DNA of 54,161 nucleotides from a bacterium (GCA_041497675.1 JBGQGY010000009.1:1-54161); one strand, 5' to 3'. Shown: positions 37,682-47,811, numbered from the stretch's first letter. Numbers and translations: made by a program. Notes: a model not told the origin generated them from the letters alone.

Positions 37682-38749
37682 CTAGGTCTCGTTCCAGTCG
37701 AATACGATGCCCAGCGCCGACCGATCTTTGCGCAGCACGAGATCGAACGCGTCACGAATCCGCGCGATCGGCAGCCGGTGCGTGACGATGCGGGAGAGGT
37801 CGATGCGGCCGGCGGACATCTGGGCGAGCAGGTAGCGGTAGATCCGCTTCACGGTGAAGCGCTGGTATTCCGGCGGGTAGTCGTCGGACGGCATCCACCC
37901 GACGGAAAGATACGAGAGGCTGCGGTTGTAAAAGTCGGCGGGCTCGAAGACGTCGAACGGCGCCGGGCCCTGGCCGACCCCGGGAAACGCGAGCACCGCA
38001 ATGCGCGTCCGGCGGCGCCCAATCGCGATGGCGGTCCGCAGGGCCACCCAAGCGTCCGCGCACACGAGCACCAGGTCAACGCCCGCTTCGCCTCCGAAAT
38101 GCTCCGCGCGGCCCTGGTCGTCATCCCCGTTGAGCCAGGCGTCGTCCGCCCCAAGGCTGCGCGCGACGGCCAGACGCGACGGGTCGTTGCCGATGACGGC
38201 GACCCGCGCGCCCGCGAGGTGCGCCATACAGACGGCGCCCAGACCGACCACGCCCAAACCAATGACCAGCACGTTCTCGCCAAAGCGGTACTGCCCAACG
38301 TGCAATGCGTTGAAGCCCAGCGTGAGAAGGTGGGTGAAGGCCGCGTGCTCTGACGAGACGTTGTCCGGAACGGGCGCGATCACATCGTAGCTCATGGGGA
38401 CGTTGACCGACGCGGGCCGCCCCGCATCGCCGACGACCCGTTCGGCCACGACGGACTCGCTCTGGTGCGGCATTCGCGAGAAGAGGCGCTGCCCGACGTG
38501 ATACTCCTGCACCCGGGGGCCGACGGCGACGACGCGGCCGACGTTGTTGTACCCAGGGGCGTTTGGGTAGGAGATGCGATAGCGAAACCGCTCGGCTTCC
38601 AACCCCGCGTACACGCGGGTCTCCGTGCCGGGGCTGAGGGCGCTGACTTCCGTCCGCGCGAGGATTTCGTAGTCACCGAGCGGGCGATCGGGCGACGGCG
38701 CATCCTCGAGACGAACGTCGTACGGCGCGTGGATAAGCACTCGCTTCAC
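37682..38749 (-). CDS. MDR-family alcohol dehydrogenase-like protein lacking canonical Zn ligands
   Basis: SALSPGTE and GYNNVG replace C..D/GHE; GLGVVG Rossmann motif; VTHR C-terminus; alternative start 38767. Confidence 0.8.
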   Translation of the reverse strand: MKRVLIHAPYDVRLEDAPSPDRPLGDYEILARTEVSALSPGTETRVYAGLEAERFRYRISYPNAPGYNNVGRVVAVGPRVQEYHVGQRLFSRMPHQSESVVAERVVGDAGRPASVNVPMSYDVIAPVPDNVSSEHAAFTHLLTLGFNALHVGQYRFGENVLVIGLGVVGLGAVCMAHLAGARVAVIGNDPSRLAVARSLGADDAWLNGDDDQGRAEHFGGEAGVDLVLVCADAWVALRTAIAIGRRRTRIAVLAFPGVGQGPAPFDVFEPADFYNRSLSYLSVGWMPSDDYPPEYQRFTVKRIYRYLLAQMSAGRIDLSRIVTHRLPIARIRDAFDLVLRKDRSALGIVFDWNET

Positions 38750-38837
38750 AACCCGTCCCCCCGGCATCCGAAGTACGTTGGGCTGGATGCGCTTCTTCGG
38801 GTCGGCGTCGGCGTTCCCCTCGTCGCCGTTGAGCAGC

Positions 38838-38862
38838 AGGAGGCGCCGTCAGGTTGTCGAAC
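38838..38862 (+). promoter_or_regulatory. Putative sigma-H-like promoter (gcAGGA-N17-GAAC)
   Basis: In the divergent intergenic gap, ahead of 38897. Confidence 0.5.
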
Positions 38863-38896
38863 GCGCTGCCGATCGATCCACAGGCAGGAGGTTGCC

Positions 38897-40015
38897 GTGA
38901 AGATCACCGACGTGAAGGCCGTCTATCTCCGTCTGCCCTCCATCGAGGTGCGGGCCGACGGGACCCAGGATGCCCTCTTGGTGAAGGTCACAACCGACGC
39001 GGGTATCACCGGCGTCGGGGAGGTCGATTCGTCGCCGCTGGCGGCGAAGGGCGCGATCGAGGCCCCGATGTCGCACAGCATCGCCACCGGCTTGCGCGAG
39101 GTCGCGGTCGGCGAGGATCCGTTTGCCTACGAGAAGATCTGGCACCGCATGTATCAGGCATCGCGGTACGCCGGGCGGCGGTCGCTGTTCATCCACGCGA
39201 TGAGCGGTATCGACCTGGCGCTCTGGGATATCATGGGGAAGGCGCTCAAGATGCCCGCCTACCGGCTGCTCGGCGGCGGGTTTCGTTTGAAGGTGCGCGC
39301 CTACGCGAGCACGCTGTTTGGTCGTAGCCTGGAGGCCACCGGGGCACGTGCGCGCTGGTGTGTCGACCGCGGCTACACGGCCGTGAAGTTCGGCTGGGAT
39401 CCTATGGGACAAGACCCCGACTACGACGAGGCGCTGGTCCGTACGATCCGCGAGGCCGTCGGTCCCAAGGTCGACGTCCTGATCGACGCGGGGCAATGTT
39501 ATGATACCAAGACCGCCATCCAGATGGCGCATCGGTTCGAGCCATACCGGCCCTACTGGTTTGAGGAACCGTTGAACCCCGACAACCTCGAAGGATACGC
39601 GCGGCTCTCACAAGCGAGCCGGCTGCGGATCGCCGCCGGTGAGGCGGAGAGCGAGCGTCACTCCTACATCGACCTGATGGATCGCGGGCTCATCGACGTG
39701 GTCCAGATCGACCCGACGCGCGTCGGCGGCCTGACAGAGGCGAAGAAGATCGCGTATGCGGCCTATGACCGCGGCCGCGCGGTGATCAATCACTCGTTTA
39801 CGACCGATATCAACGTCGCCGCGTCGTTGCATCTGCTGGCGTCGATCCCCGACGCGCCGTTGCTGGAATTCTGCGTCGAAGACTCGCCGCTGCGCCAGCA
39901 GCTCGCGCGCAATCCTATCAAGGTGGTCGACGGCTACGCGGCGGTGCCCGAAGGACCGGGTCTGGGCGTTGAGGTCGATGAGTCGGTGGTCGAGCGGTAC
40001 ACGGTGAAGGTCTGA
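38897..40015 (+). CDS. Mandelate racemase/enolase-superfamily protein
   Basis: AGGAGG RBS; SGIDLALWDIMGK, AYAS, KFG, IDAG, EEP, GE, QID. Confidence 0.9.
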   Translation: MKITDVKAVYLRLPSIEVRADGTQDALLVKVTTDAGITGVGEVDSSPLAAKGAIEAPMSHSIATGLREVAVGEDPFAYEKIWHRMYQASRYAGRRSLFIHAMSGIDLALWDIMGKALKMPAYRLLGGGFRLKVRAYASTLFGRSLEATGARARWCVDRGYTAVKFGWDPMGQDPDYDEALVRTIREAVGPKVDVLIDAGQCYDTKTAIQMAHRFEPYRPYWFEEPLNPDNLEGYARLSQASRLRIAAGEAESERHSYIDLMDRGLIDVVQIDPTRVGGLTEAKKIAYAAYDRGRAVINHSFTTDINVAASLHLLASIPDAPLLEFCVEDSPLRQQLARNPIKVVDGYAAVPEGPGLGVEVDESVVERYTVKV

Positions 40016-40022
40016 ACCGGTC

Positions 40023-40817
40023 ATGGCGTTTTCGTTTATCCAAATAACCGACCACCACCTCGGCTCGACCGAGCAGACGTACAATAGCGGTTATGCGACG
40101 GCGCACGCGCTGGGCCGGGTGGTGGACCAGGTGGCGGAGGCCGGTGGGTGGGGCGCGGATTTCCTCATCTGTACCGGCGATCTGGTCAACGTGGGAACAT
40201 TCGATGAATACGCCTTTTTCCGGCGCTTCGTGGGGTTGCAGGGCACAGCGGCGGCCCCGGGGCCGCTCGCGCTCTCCCGGGGCGGGTTGCGCAACCTTCC
40301 GGCATATTTCATTCCAGGAAATCACGACGTGCGCCCCGTATTTTTCAACAGCTTTTTTTCTGGCGCACCGGCAGCCGGCGCAAACATGGCGTTCGAGCAC
40401 AAGGGCGTGCAGTTCTTGTGTCTGGACTTTGGCACGGGCAGACGTGCCGGCGAGGTGCTCCCCGAGACACTCGCATTCTTGCGAGAGCGTCTTGGGGGCG
40501 GGCGGCCGAGCGTGCTCTTCATGCACTACCATCCGGTCCCGGTCGGCATCCCGTGGCTCGATGCGGCGGTGCCTGAAGGGATAGAGTCATTTTGGGACGT
40601 TCTCGCGTCAGGCCGGGTGCTGGGAGTCTTTTTCGGCCATGCCCACACAACGGTAGAGACTCAAGTCAGAGGGATACCAGTAATGGGGTTACGATCCACG
40701 AATTTTCAGTTCGCGCCCACCGAGCAGCCGTTGTATTGCCTGCTGCCACCACACTGCCGGGTGGTGACGGTGGACGGCGAATCACTGACGAGCCAGATTC
40801 ACGAGGTTCCCCTGTGA
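40023..40817 (+). CDS. Calcineurin-like metallophosphoesterase (CpdA/Icc/GpdQ-like)
   Basis: ITDHH, TGDL, GNHD, HYHP, GHAH. Confidence 0.88.
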   Translation: MAFSFIQITDHHLGSTEQTYNSGYATAHALGRVVDQVAEAGGWGADFLICTGDLVNVGTFDEYAFFRRFVGLQGTAAAPGPLALSRGGLRNLPAYFIPGNHDVRPVFFNSFFSGAPAAGANMAFEHKGVQFLCLDFGTGRRAGEVLPETLAFLRERLGGGRPSVLFMHYHPVPVGIPWLDAAVPEGIESFWDVLASGRVLGVFFGHAHTTVETQVRGIPVMGLRSTNFQFAPTEQPLYCLLPPHCRVVTVDGESLTSQIHEVPL

Positions 40818-41971
40818 AGATCACGGCGATACGGCCGGTGGTCGTCAACGCCCGGATGCGCAACTGGATCTTCGTCAAGGTCAAGACCGACGAGGGTCTC
40901 ATCGGGTGGGGTGAAGCATCCCTTGAGTGGAAGACCCGCGCGGTGACCGGCGCGATCGCCGACCTGGAACCGTTCATCCTGGGTCAGGACCCGCGCCGCA
41001 TCGAGCACCTGTTCCAGATCATGTACCGCCAGCCGTTCTTCCGCGGCGGGATCGTGACGATGAGCGCGCTCAGCGGCATCGAGCAGGCCTGCTGGGATAT
41101 CCTGGGCAAAAGCCTGAGTGTGCCGATCTACCAACTGATCGGGGGCGCCGTACGCGATCGCGTGCGGATGTACGATCATCTCGGCGGCGGAGACATGCAG
41201 GCCCTCTACCTCGATGATACCCCGGAGGTCATGGCACGCCGGGCGCGCGAGTCGGTCGCGGCGGGGTACACGGCGGTGAAGGTGCTGGCCGTGCCCAGGA
41301 CGAGGCCGGTCGATGGGCCCCTGGTCATCGAACGGGCGCGGCGCACGATGGCCGCGATCCGCGAGGCGGTGGGTGACGGGATCGATATCATGGTCGATTT
41401 TCACGGCCGCACGGCGCCGGCGATGGGGATCGCGGTCGCCGACGCGCTGGCGCAGTACCGGCCGCTCTTCATTGAAGAACCGGCGCTCCCTGAGAACCCA
41501 GACGGTCTCGCGCAGGTCGCCCGCGCCGTGAAGATCCCGGTGGCCAGTGGCGAGCGTTTAGTCACCCGCTTCCAGTTTCGCGAGTTGCTCGAGAAGGCCG
41601 CCTGCGCGGTGATCCAGCCCGATCTGTGCCACTGCGGCGGGCTGTGGGAAGCCCGCAAGATCGCCGCTATGGCCGAGGCCTACTATGTGGCCGTGGCGCC
41701 CCACAACCCACTGGGGCCGATCGCGACGGCGGCATGCATCCATTTTGCGCTGGCGACACCCAACTTTTTGATTCAAGAGGCGATTCGGGCCGACGTGCCG
41801 TGGCGCGACGACGTCGTCACGCCGCCCCGAATCGTGAATGGACACGCGCTGCCGTATGACGGGTCCGGGTGGGGGATTGAGGTGAACGAGGCCGAAGCGG
41901 CACGGCACCCGTTTGAACAGGAAGAGATCCTGCGATACTGGCATGAGGATGGATCGGTCGCCGACTGGTGA
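40814..41971 (+). CDS. dgoD: Galactonate dehydratase-like enolase-superfamily protein
   Basis: GWGEAS, SGIEQACWDILGK, DFHGR, EEP, GERL, QPDLCHCGG, APHNPLGP, C-terminal DGSVADW. Confidence 0.8.
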   Translation: MKITAIRPVVVNARMRNWIFVKVKTDEGLIGWGEASLEWKTRAVTGAIADLEPFILGQDPRRIEHLFQIMYRQPFFRGGIVTMSALSGIEQACWDILGKSLSVPIYQLIGGAVRDRVRMYDHLGGGDMQALYLDDTPEVMARRARESVAAGYTAVKVLAVPRTRPVDGPLVIERARRTMAAIREAVGDGIDIMVDFHGRTAPAMGIAVADALAQYRPLFIEEPALPENPDGLAQVARAVKIPVASGERLVTRFQFRELLEKAACAVIQPDLCHCGGLWEARKIAAMAEAYYVAVAPHNPLGPIATAACIHFALATPNFLIQEAIRADVPWRDDVVTPPRIVNGHALPYDGSGWGIEVNEAEAARHPFEQEEILRYWHEDGSVADW

Positions 41972-41992
41972 CCCACACGAGGAGGGCTAGAG

Positions 41993-43630
41993 ATGTTTTC
42001 GGACGCTGAGGTCTCGCGACGCAACTTTCTGCGGATGGTCGCCGGTGCGACGGGCGCCGGCCTGATGCTGCCGCTCGCCCGGCCGTCCGACCTGCTTGCG
42101 GCGCCCGCGAGAGCGTCTCAAGCTGTCATCAACCTTGGCGAGCCGGACACCCTGTTCTCCGGCGCGTCGCGGAGTGCGCTGGCCGGATTCATCTTCAATT
42201 TCATCGGCAACGGTCTGGTGAGGTTCCGCCATCCCGACATGGACGTCGTCGCGGACCTGGCGGAATCATGGACCGTCTCGCCTGACGCGAAGACGTATAC
42301 CTTCACGCTGCGCCGGGGCGTCCGGTGGCAAGACGGCGAGCCGTTCACCGCCCAGGACGTCAAATTTACGTTCGAACTGTGGGCGCACCCCGAGTGGCCG
42401 GGGCCGCTGGCGGCGAACATTGCCACGATCCAGGGCGCGCAGGCCTACAAGGAGAAGCAGGCGACCGAGATCAGCGGCGTCAAGATCCTGGCCGGGCAAC
42501 GCATCCAGATCACGTTGATCGAGCCCTCGGCGGTATTCTTGGCGGCGCTCGCGCTGGCCATCACGTTACCCCGCCACCTGCTCAAGGACGTCCCGCCTGC
42601 CGACGCGCAAAAGCACCCCTTCGCCCGCAAGCCGGTATACACTGGGCCGTTCATGGTGGACTCGTGGAGAACGGGCGAAGGCCTGACCTTGAACGCCTTT
42701 CCGAACTACTTCCGGGGCCGCCCCAAGCTCGACACGATCGTTGGGCGCAACATCCCTGATCCGGCCGCGGCCCAGGCCGAACTGCGGGCCGGCGGGGTGC
42801 AGCTGGGCACGACGGACCCGGACCATTACGACAGCTTCGCCCGTGATGCGGCGTTCAAAACGCAGACGCTCGCAGGCGGGGGCGGGTGGTTCCTCCAGTT
42901 CGATCTGACCAATCCGCTGTTCTCCGATCGACGCGTGCGGCAGGCCATCAGCCACGCGATCGACCGCAAGACCATCATCGACACTGTGTTCCGCGGGAAG
43001 GCCGAGGCAAATTTCAGCATCCCGTCGCCGCTGTCGTGGTTGTTCAACCCCAAGATCTCCAGATTCGACTTCAACGTGGACCGCGCAAAGGCGCTCCTCG
43101 ACGAGGCAGGGTGGAAGGTAGGATCGGATGGCATCAGGGGTAGAGACGGGCGCCGTCTGGACTTCAGCCTGAACTGCACCGCCCGCACGAGGGATTGGGC
43201 GGTCAGCCTCCAACCGTTCTTGAAGAGCGTGGGCATCAACATGAAGGTCGACGTCGTGGAGTTCGGCACGTGGATTCAGCGTCTCCGAGTGGGCGTCCAC
43301 GAGGCGTCCTTCGGCGGGTGGTTCAACTTCATCATTGATCCGCGGGCCGATCTGCAGGCGCATTTCTTGAGCCCCCGGCCGGTCGATGCCAGCGGCTACC
43401 GCAACGACCGCGTCGACCGGCTCTTCAAACAGGCGCGCACGGCCACCGATCGCACCCAGGAGAAGAGGATCTACGACGAGATTCAAGAGGTCACGGCGCG
43501 CGATGCCGTCTATGTGTACCTCTGGCGGCCGCAGGACCTGCTGGTGGCGCGCAACACGCTTGTGATCCCAGAGGTCAAGACACAGTCCGAGTTGTACCAG
43601 AGCGCGCCGCGCTGGGAGCTGCGCGCGTAG
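41993..43630 (+). CDS. Opp/Dpp family-5 ABC SBP with Tat signal
   Basis: SRRNFL twin-arginine motif; DLAESW, WQDGEPFTAQDV, TGPF, RVRQAI. Confidence 0.9.
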   Translation: MFSDAEVSRRNFLRMVAGATGAGLMLPLARPSDLLAAPARASQAVINLGEPDTLFSGASRSALAGFIFNFIGNGLVRFRHPDMDVVADLAESWTVSPDAKTYTFTLRRGVRWQDGEPFTAQDVKFTFELWAHPEWPGPLAANIATIQGAQAYKEKQATEISGVKILAGQRIQITLIEPSAVFLAALALAITLPRHLLKDVPPADAQKHPFARKPVYTGPFMVDSWRTGEGLTLNAFPNYFRGRPKLDTIVGRNIPDPAAAQAELRAGGVQLGTTDPDHYDSFARDAAFKTQTLAGGGGWFLQFDLTNPLFSDRRVRQAISHAIDRKTIIDTVFRGKAEANFSIPSPLSWLFNPKISRFDFNVDRAKALLDEAGWKVGSDGIRGRDGRRLDFSLNCTARTRDWAVSLQPFLKSVGINMKVDVVEFGTWIQRLRVGVHEASFGGWFNFIIDPRADLQAHFLSPRPVDASGYRNDRVDRLFKQARTATDRTQEKRIYDEIQEVTARDAVYVYLWRPQDLLVARNTLVIPEVKTQSELYQSAPRWELRA

Positions 43631-43636
43631 AACGCC

Positions 43637-44590
43637 GTGGGCCGCTATATCCTGCGCCGCGCGGTATTCATGGTACCGTTGCTGTTTGGGATATCGCTGA
43701 TTTCCTATGCCATCGTTCGGTTTGCGCCGGGAGACCCCACACGACTGCTGGTCGATCCTGAACACGCCACGGCCGAGCAGTTTGCCAGTCTGCGGCAAGA
43801 GTTGGGATTAGACGATCCATTACCTGTTCAATACCTGAAGACCATGAAGGCGCTGTTGACCGGCGAGCTGCGTTCGTTCAAGACGCGGCAGCGTGTTATC
43901 GAGATCGTCTGGGAGCGGCTCCCCGTGACCATCCTTCTCGGCGGACTTTCCCTCGCGCTGGCCACGCTCGCCGGCATCACGATTGGCGCGGTTCAGGCCC
44001 TGCGCGCGTCCAGCGTCCTCGACGAGGCGGGCACCATCGTGTCGCTCTTTGGGTTCTCGGTGCCCAGTTTCTGGCTGGCGCTGATGCTCATTATGCTGTT
44101 TGCCGTGCGCCTCCATTGGCTGCCGGCCAGCGGCATCCGGCCGGTGGGGGCCGCAGGCTGGAACGTGATCGACATGGCTCCGTACCTGGTGCTCCCGATC
44201 GTCGTGCTCGGGACGGGCTTGTTGGCGAGCATCGCGCGTTACACACGGTCAGCGATGCTGGAGGCCTTCGCGCAGGACTTCGTCCGCACGGCGCGCGCGA
44301 AGGGGCTGCCCCAGGGATCCGTCATCAGCCGCCATGCGCTGCGCAACTCGCTGCTGCCCGTCATCACCCTGATCGGGCTCTTCTTGCCCGTGTTGGTAGG
44401 CGGCGCAGTGATCGTGGAGACGATCTTTGCGATTCCCGGCATCGGCCGGTTGGGGTTGGAGTCAGTCTTTATCCGAGACTACCCGGTGATCCTCAGCCTC
44501 AACGTGATGGGGGCCGCCGCCGTCTTAGTCGGCAATCTGGCAGCGGACGTCGCGTACGCCCTGGCCGATCCCCGCATCCGGTTTGGATAG
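43637..44590 (+). CDS. DppB-like ABC permease
   Basis: APGDP, DFVRTARAKGL, RHALRNS, DPRI. Confidence 0.92.
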   Translation: MGRYILRRAVFMVPLLFGISLISYAIVRFAPGDPTRLLVDPEHATAEQFASLRQELGLDDPLPVQYLKTMKALLTGELRSFKTRQRVIEIVWERLPVTILLGGLSLALATLAGITIGAVQALRASSVLDEAGTIVSLFGFSVPSFWLALMLIMLFAVRLHWLPASGIRPVGAAGWNVIDMAPYLVLPIVVLGTGLLASIARYTRSAMLEAFAQDFVRTARAKGLPQGSVISRHALRNSLLPVITLIGLFLPVLVGGAVIVETIFAIPGIGRLGLESVFIRDYPVILSLNVMGAAAVLVGNLAADVAYALADPRIRFG

Positions 44591-45479
44591 CGTGACCCAC
44601 ACCGCAGCCGCGCTGCCGGGGCGGCCGCGCGCGGGAGATCGAACTCGGCTGCGGTCGCGGTTGTTCAAGAACCGGAGAATCGTCGCCGGCCTAGCGCTGA
44701 TCGTCGTGCTCCACGCTGCGGCGCTTCTCGCACCCTGGCTCGCGCCGTATTCTCCTGACGCACAGGTCCTCACCGATCGCCTCAAACCGCCCAGCCGCCA
44801 GCACCCCTTGGGCGTCGATCATTTGGGGCGGGATATCCTGAGCCGGGTGTTGTGGGGGGCGCGGGTCTCGCTGGCGGTGGGGCTGGTCGCTACACTGCTG
44901 ACCGTGGTGATCGGCGCGCTGTTTGGCCTGGCCTCGGGGTATTTCGGCGCATGGATCGACGGGCTGCTCATGCGGACCACCGACGTGTTCCTCGCGTTTC
45001 CAGTCTTCATTCTCCTGATCACCGTCGTGGCCATCTACGGGTCGAGCGTGTGGCTCCTCATCATCTTCCTTGGGCTGGCGGCGTGGCCGAGCACCGCCCG
45101 GGTAGTGCGCGCCGACGTGCTCTCGATCGCCGCCAGAGAGTTCGTCACGGCCGCGCGCGCGGTCGGGGCCGGCAATGGCCGTATTCTCCTCGTCCACATC
45201 CTGCCCAACGTGGTCTCTGTCCTGGTGGTGGCTGCGACGCTCCGCGTCGCCATCGTCATCCTGACCGAAGCCTCGCTGAGCTATTTCGGTCTCGGCGTGC
45301 CGCCGCCGATGGCCACCTGGGGCGGGATGGTGGCCGATGGCCGGCTGGTGATGGACACTGCCTGGTGGATCACGACCTTCCCCGGTGTGCTGGTCGTAGT
45401 CACGGTACTGGCCTACAACATGCTTGGAGACGGCTTGCGGGACGTGCTCGATCCTCGGCGCAGTCTTTCGAGACAGTAA
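44583..45479 (+). CDS. DppC-like ABC permease
   Basis: TTG start; HPLGVDHLGRD, EFVTAARAVGA, GDGLRD. Confidence 0.9.
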   Translation: MDSVTHTAAALPGRPRAGDRTRLRSRLFKNRRIVAGLALIVVLHAAALLAPWLAPYSPDAQVLTDRLKPPSRQHPLGVDHLGRDILSRVLWGARVSLAVGLVATLLTVVIGALFGLASGYFGAWIDGLLMRTTDVFLAFPVFILLITVVAIYGSSVWLLIIFLGLAAWPSTARVVRADVLSIAAREFVTAARAVGAGNGRILLVHILPNVVSVLVVAATLRVAIVILTEASLSYFGLGVPPPMATWGGMVADGRLVMDTAWWITTFPGVLVVVTVLAYNMLGDGLRDVLDPRRSLSRQ

Positions 45480-45492
45480 GGGAGGACACGAT

Positions 45493-46443
45493 ATGAAGGT
45501 CGTGATTGCCACAGACATGGAAGGGGCGGCGGGGATCGATCGAGTCGAGCAGTGTTTTCGGGGCTACCCGGAGGCCTTCGAGACGGGAAGGCAACAGTTG
45601 ATCGCCGATATCAACGCGTGTATCCGTGGTCTGCGACGCGGAGGCGCGAAGGATATTAAAGTGGTGGAAGGGCACGCCTGGGGAGACTTTCACGCGTTTG
45701 AGTCCGGCGATCTCGACGGGCGCCCTGAGGTGCTGCGGGGTCGAGGAGGGCGCGAGCCCATGGTGTCATGGGCCGAGAAGGCGGTGTTCGTCGGCTATCA
45801 CGCCATGGCCGGGACCCCCGATGGGTTTCTCAGCCACACGACGATGGGGTCGGTTGCGCTTTCGGCCGGCGGGGAGCCGGTGGGCGAGATGGTGATGACG
45901 GCAGCGACCTGTGGGTCCGCCGGTGTCCCAGTGCTCCTGGTCACCGGTGACCACGCGACGGTCCGGGAGGCGCGCCACTTTCTACCCTGGGCGGTAGGGG
46001 TGGAGGTGAAGCGCGCGACCTCGATCTCGGCCGTGAGGCTGCTTTCCCGCGAGGAGGCGAGCCGGGCGATCGAGACCGGCGCCGCGGCCGCGATGGCCCG
46101 GGCACATGACTGCCGGCCGCTACGTTTGCCGGAGCCGCTGGAGATCGAGGTGCAGTTCCGGGCGACCGAGTTCGCCGACGCGTCGATGATCCTCCCGATG
46201 GCGCGACGTCAGGGCGACCGTGCAATCGGCTTTACGGCCCCGACGTTCGCAGAGGGGATGCGGTTCTTCGCGTCGGCGGTGCAATTGACGACGCAAGCGC
46301 GGCAGCGACCGCTGTGGTCGAAACTGCAGACTCTGCCTGAGGTGCAGCAGATGAGCCACGAGTGGCTCGAGTCGTTCTTGCGACCGTGGCTCGAGCAACC
46401 TTCGCCGTTTACGCCGAACGCGAAGGCCCTCAGGGAGGCATGA
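45493..46443 (+). CDS. M55-family D-aminopeptidase (B. subtilis DppA-like)
   Basis: GGAGG RBS; DMEG, GH, GYHA, LSHT, GE, VTGD motifs; C-terminal extension. Confidence 0.85.
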   Translation: MKVVIATDMEGAAGIDRVEQCFRGYPEAFETGRQQLIADINACIRGLRRGGAKDIKVVEGHAWGDFHAFESGDLDGRPEVLRGRGGREPMVSWAEKAVFVGYHAMAGTPDGFLSHTTMGSVALSAGGEPVGEMVMTAATCGSAGVPVLLVTGDHATVREARHFLPWAVGVEVKRATSISAVRLLSREEASRAIETGAAAAMARAHDCRPLRLPEPLEIEVQFRATEFADASMILPMARRQGDRAIGFTAPTFAEGMRFFASAVQLTTQARQRPLWSKLQTLPEVQQMSHEWLESFLRPWLEQPSPFTPNAKALREA

Positions 46444-46509
46444 CCGCGGGAACCAGCGCTGCCGTTGTCGAACAATCTCGTTACCGGTTGTTTGGGGAGG
46501 TTCACGCCA

Positions 46510-47811
46510 ATGAAGGTGGATACGAAGCAAAGCCAACTCTACGCGCGGGGCGAGGCCTCGGCGCCCGGCGGGGTTCACACCGCGAACCGCTATATCCCCG
46601 AGAAGATGGTGTTTGTCCGGGGTCAGGGCGCGTACATGTGGGACGCCGACGGCAAGCGCTACTGTGACTATCACGCGGCGTTCGGACCGTTCGTCCTGGG
46701 CCACGCGCACCCCGAGGTTAACCGCCGGGTCATCGAGGCCATCCAGCAGACAGATCTCTTCGGCGTCGGCACGACCGACCTCGAAATCGCGCTCGGTGAG
46801 AAGATCCGCCAGCACGTCCCCGCCGCCGAGATGGTCTTGTTTTGCAACGCCGGTTCCGAAGCCACGTTCCATGCGTTGCGGCTGGCCCGGGCCGTGACCG
46901 GCCGGCGCTACATCCTCAAGTTCCAGGGCTGCTACCACGGGTGGCACGATTACACGTGCCGGAACATGTTGAGCGCGCCGGAGAAGATCGGGACGCGAGA
47001 CCCGGGTTCGGCCGGTATCCTCGACGAAGTGATCGACGCTACCCTCGTCTGCACTTTCAATGACCTCGATGAAGTCGATCGGACGTTCAAGACCTATAAA
47101 GGACAGATCGCGGCCGTCATCCTCGAGCCGATCCCCCACAACATCGGCTGCGTGATGCCCAAGCCCGGGTTTCTCGAAGGGCTGCGCAAACTCACGAAGG
47201 AACACGGGACCATTTTGGTGTTTGACGAGGTGATCACCGGGTTCCGGCACAGCCTCGGTGGCTATCAGAAGATCTGCGGCGTCACCCCCGACCTCACGTC
47301 GATGGGCAAGGCGATCGCCAACGGCTATCCGATGGCGGTGCTCGGCGGGCGTCGCGATCTGATGGAGTTCTTCAACACCAGGCCGGGCGGGACGGTCTTC
47401 TTCGCCGGGACCTACAACGGTCACGCGGTGGGTACCTCGGCGGCGCTGGCGACCATCGAGATCATGGAGCGCGAGCCGGTGCACGAGCACATCTTCCGGT
47501 TGGGCGACCGGATGCGGCGCGGGTTGCGCGAGATCCATCAGCGGTTTGGCATCGAGGCCACCGTGACCGGGTTTGGGTCGATTTTCGTGACCTACTTCAT
47601 GGAGGGTCCGACGGCCAACTACACCGATCTCATGAAAAATGACGCGGCGCTGTTCACCGATTACCGCAGGCGGCTCATGGAGCGCGGGGTGTTCAAGATT
47701 CCCGTGAACCTCAAGCGGGCGCACATCTCCTACGCGCACACCGACGCGGACATCGACAACACGCTGCAGGCGGCAGAGGACGTGCTGAAGGAGATGAAGG
47801 GACGCCGCTAG
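46510..47811 (+). CDS. Class-III PLP aminotransferase (glutamate-1-semialdehyde aminomutase-like)
   Basis: GAYMWDADG, YHGWHD, FDEVITGFR, DLTSMGKAIANGYP, AGTYNG. Confidence 0.88.
   Translation: MKVDTKQSQLYARGEASAPGGVHTANRYIPEKMVFVRGQGAYMWDADGKRYCDYHAAFGPFVLGHAHPEVNRRVIEAIQQTDLFGVGTTDLEIALGEKIRQHVPAAEMVLFCNAGSEATFHALRLARAVTGRRYILKFQGCYHGWHDYTCRNMLSAPEKIGTRDPGSAGILDEVIDATLVCTFNDLDEVDRTFKTYKGQIAAVILEPIPHNIGCVMPKPGFLEGLRKLTKEHGTILVFDEVITGFRHSLGGYQKICGVTPDLTSMGKAIANGYPMAVLGGRRDLMEFFNTRPGGTVFFAGTYNGHAVGTSAALATIEIMEREPVHEHIFRLGDRMRRGLREIHQRFGIEATVTGFGSIFVTYFMEGPTANYTDLMKNDAALFTDYRRRLMERGVFKIPVNLKRAHISYAHTDADIDNTLQAAEDVLKEMKGRR

Noticed and set aside
46510..47811. Assigning the gene symbol hemL
   Set aside because: Divergent N-terminal motif (GGVHTANR) and catabolic context; could be a paralog
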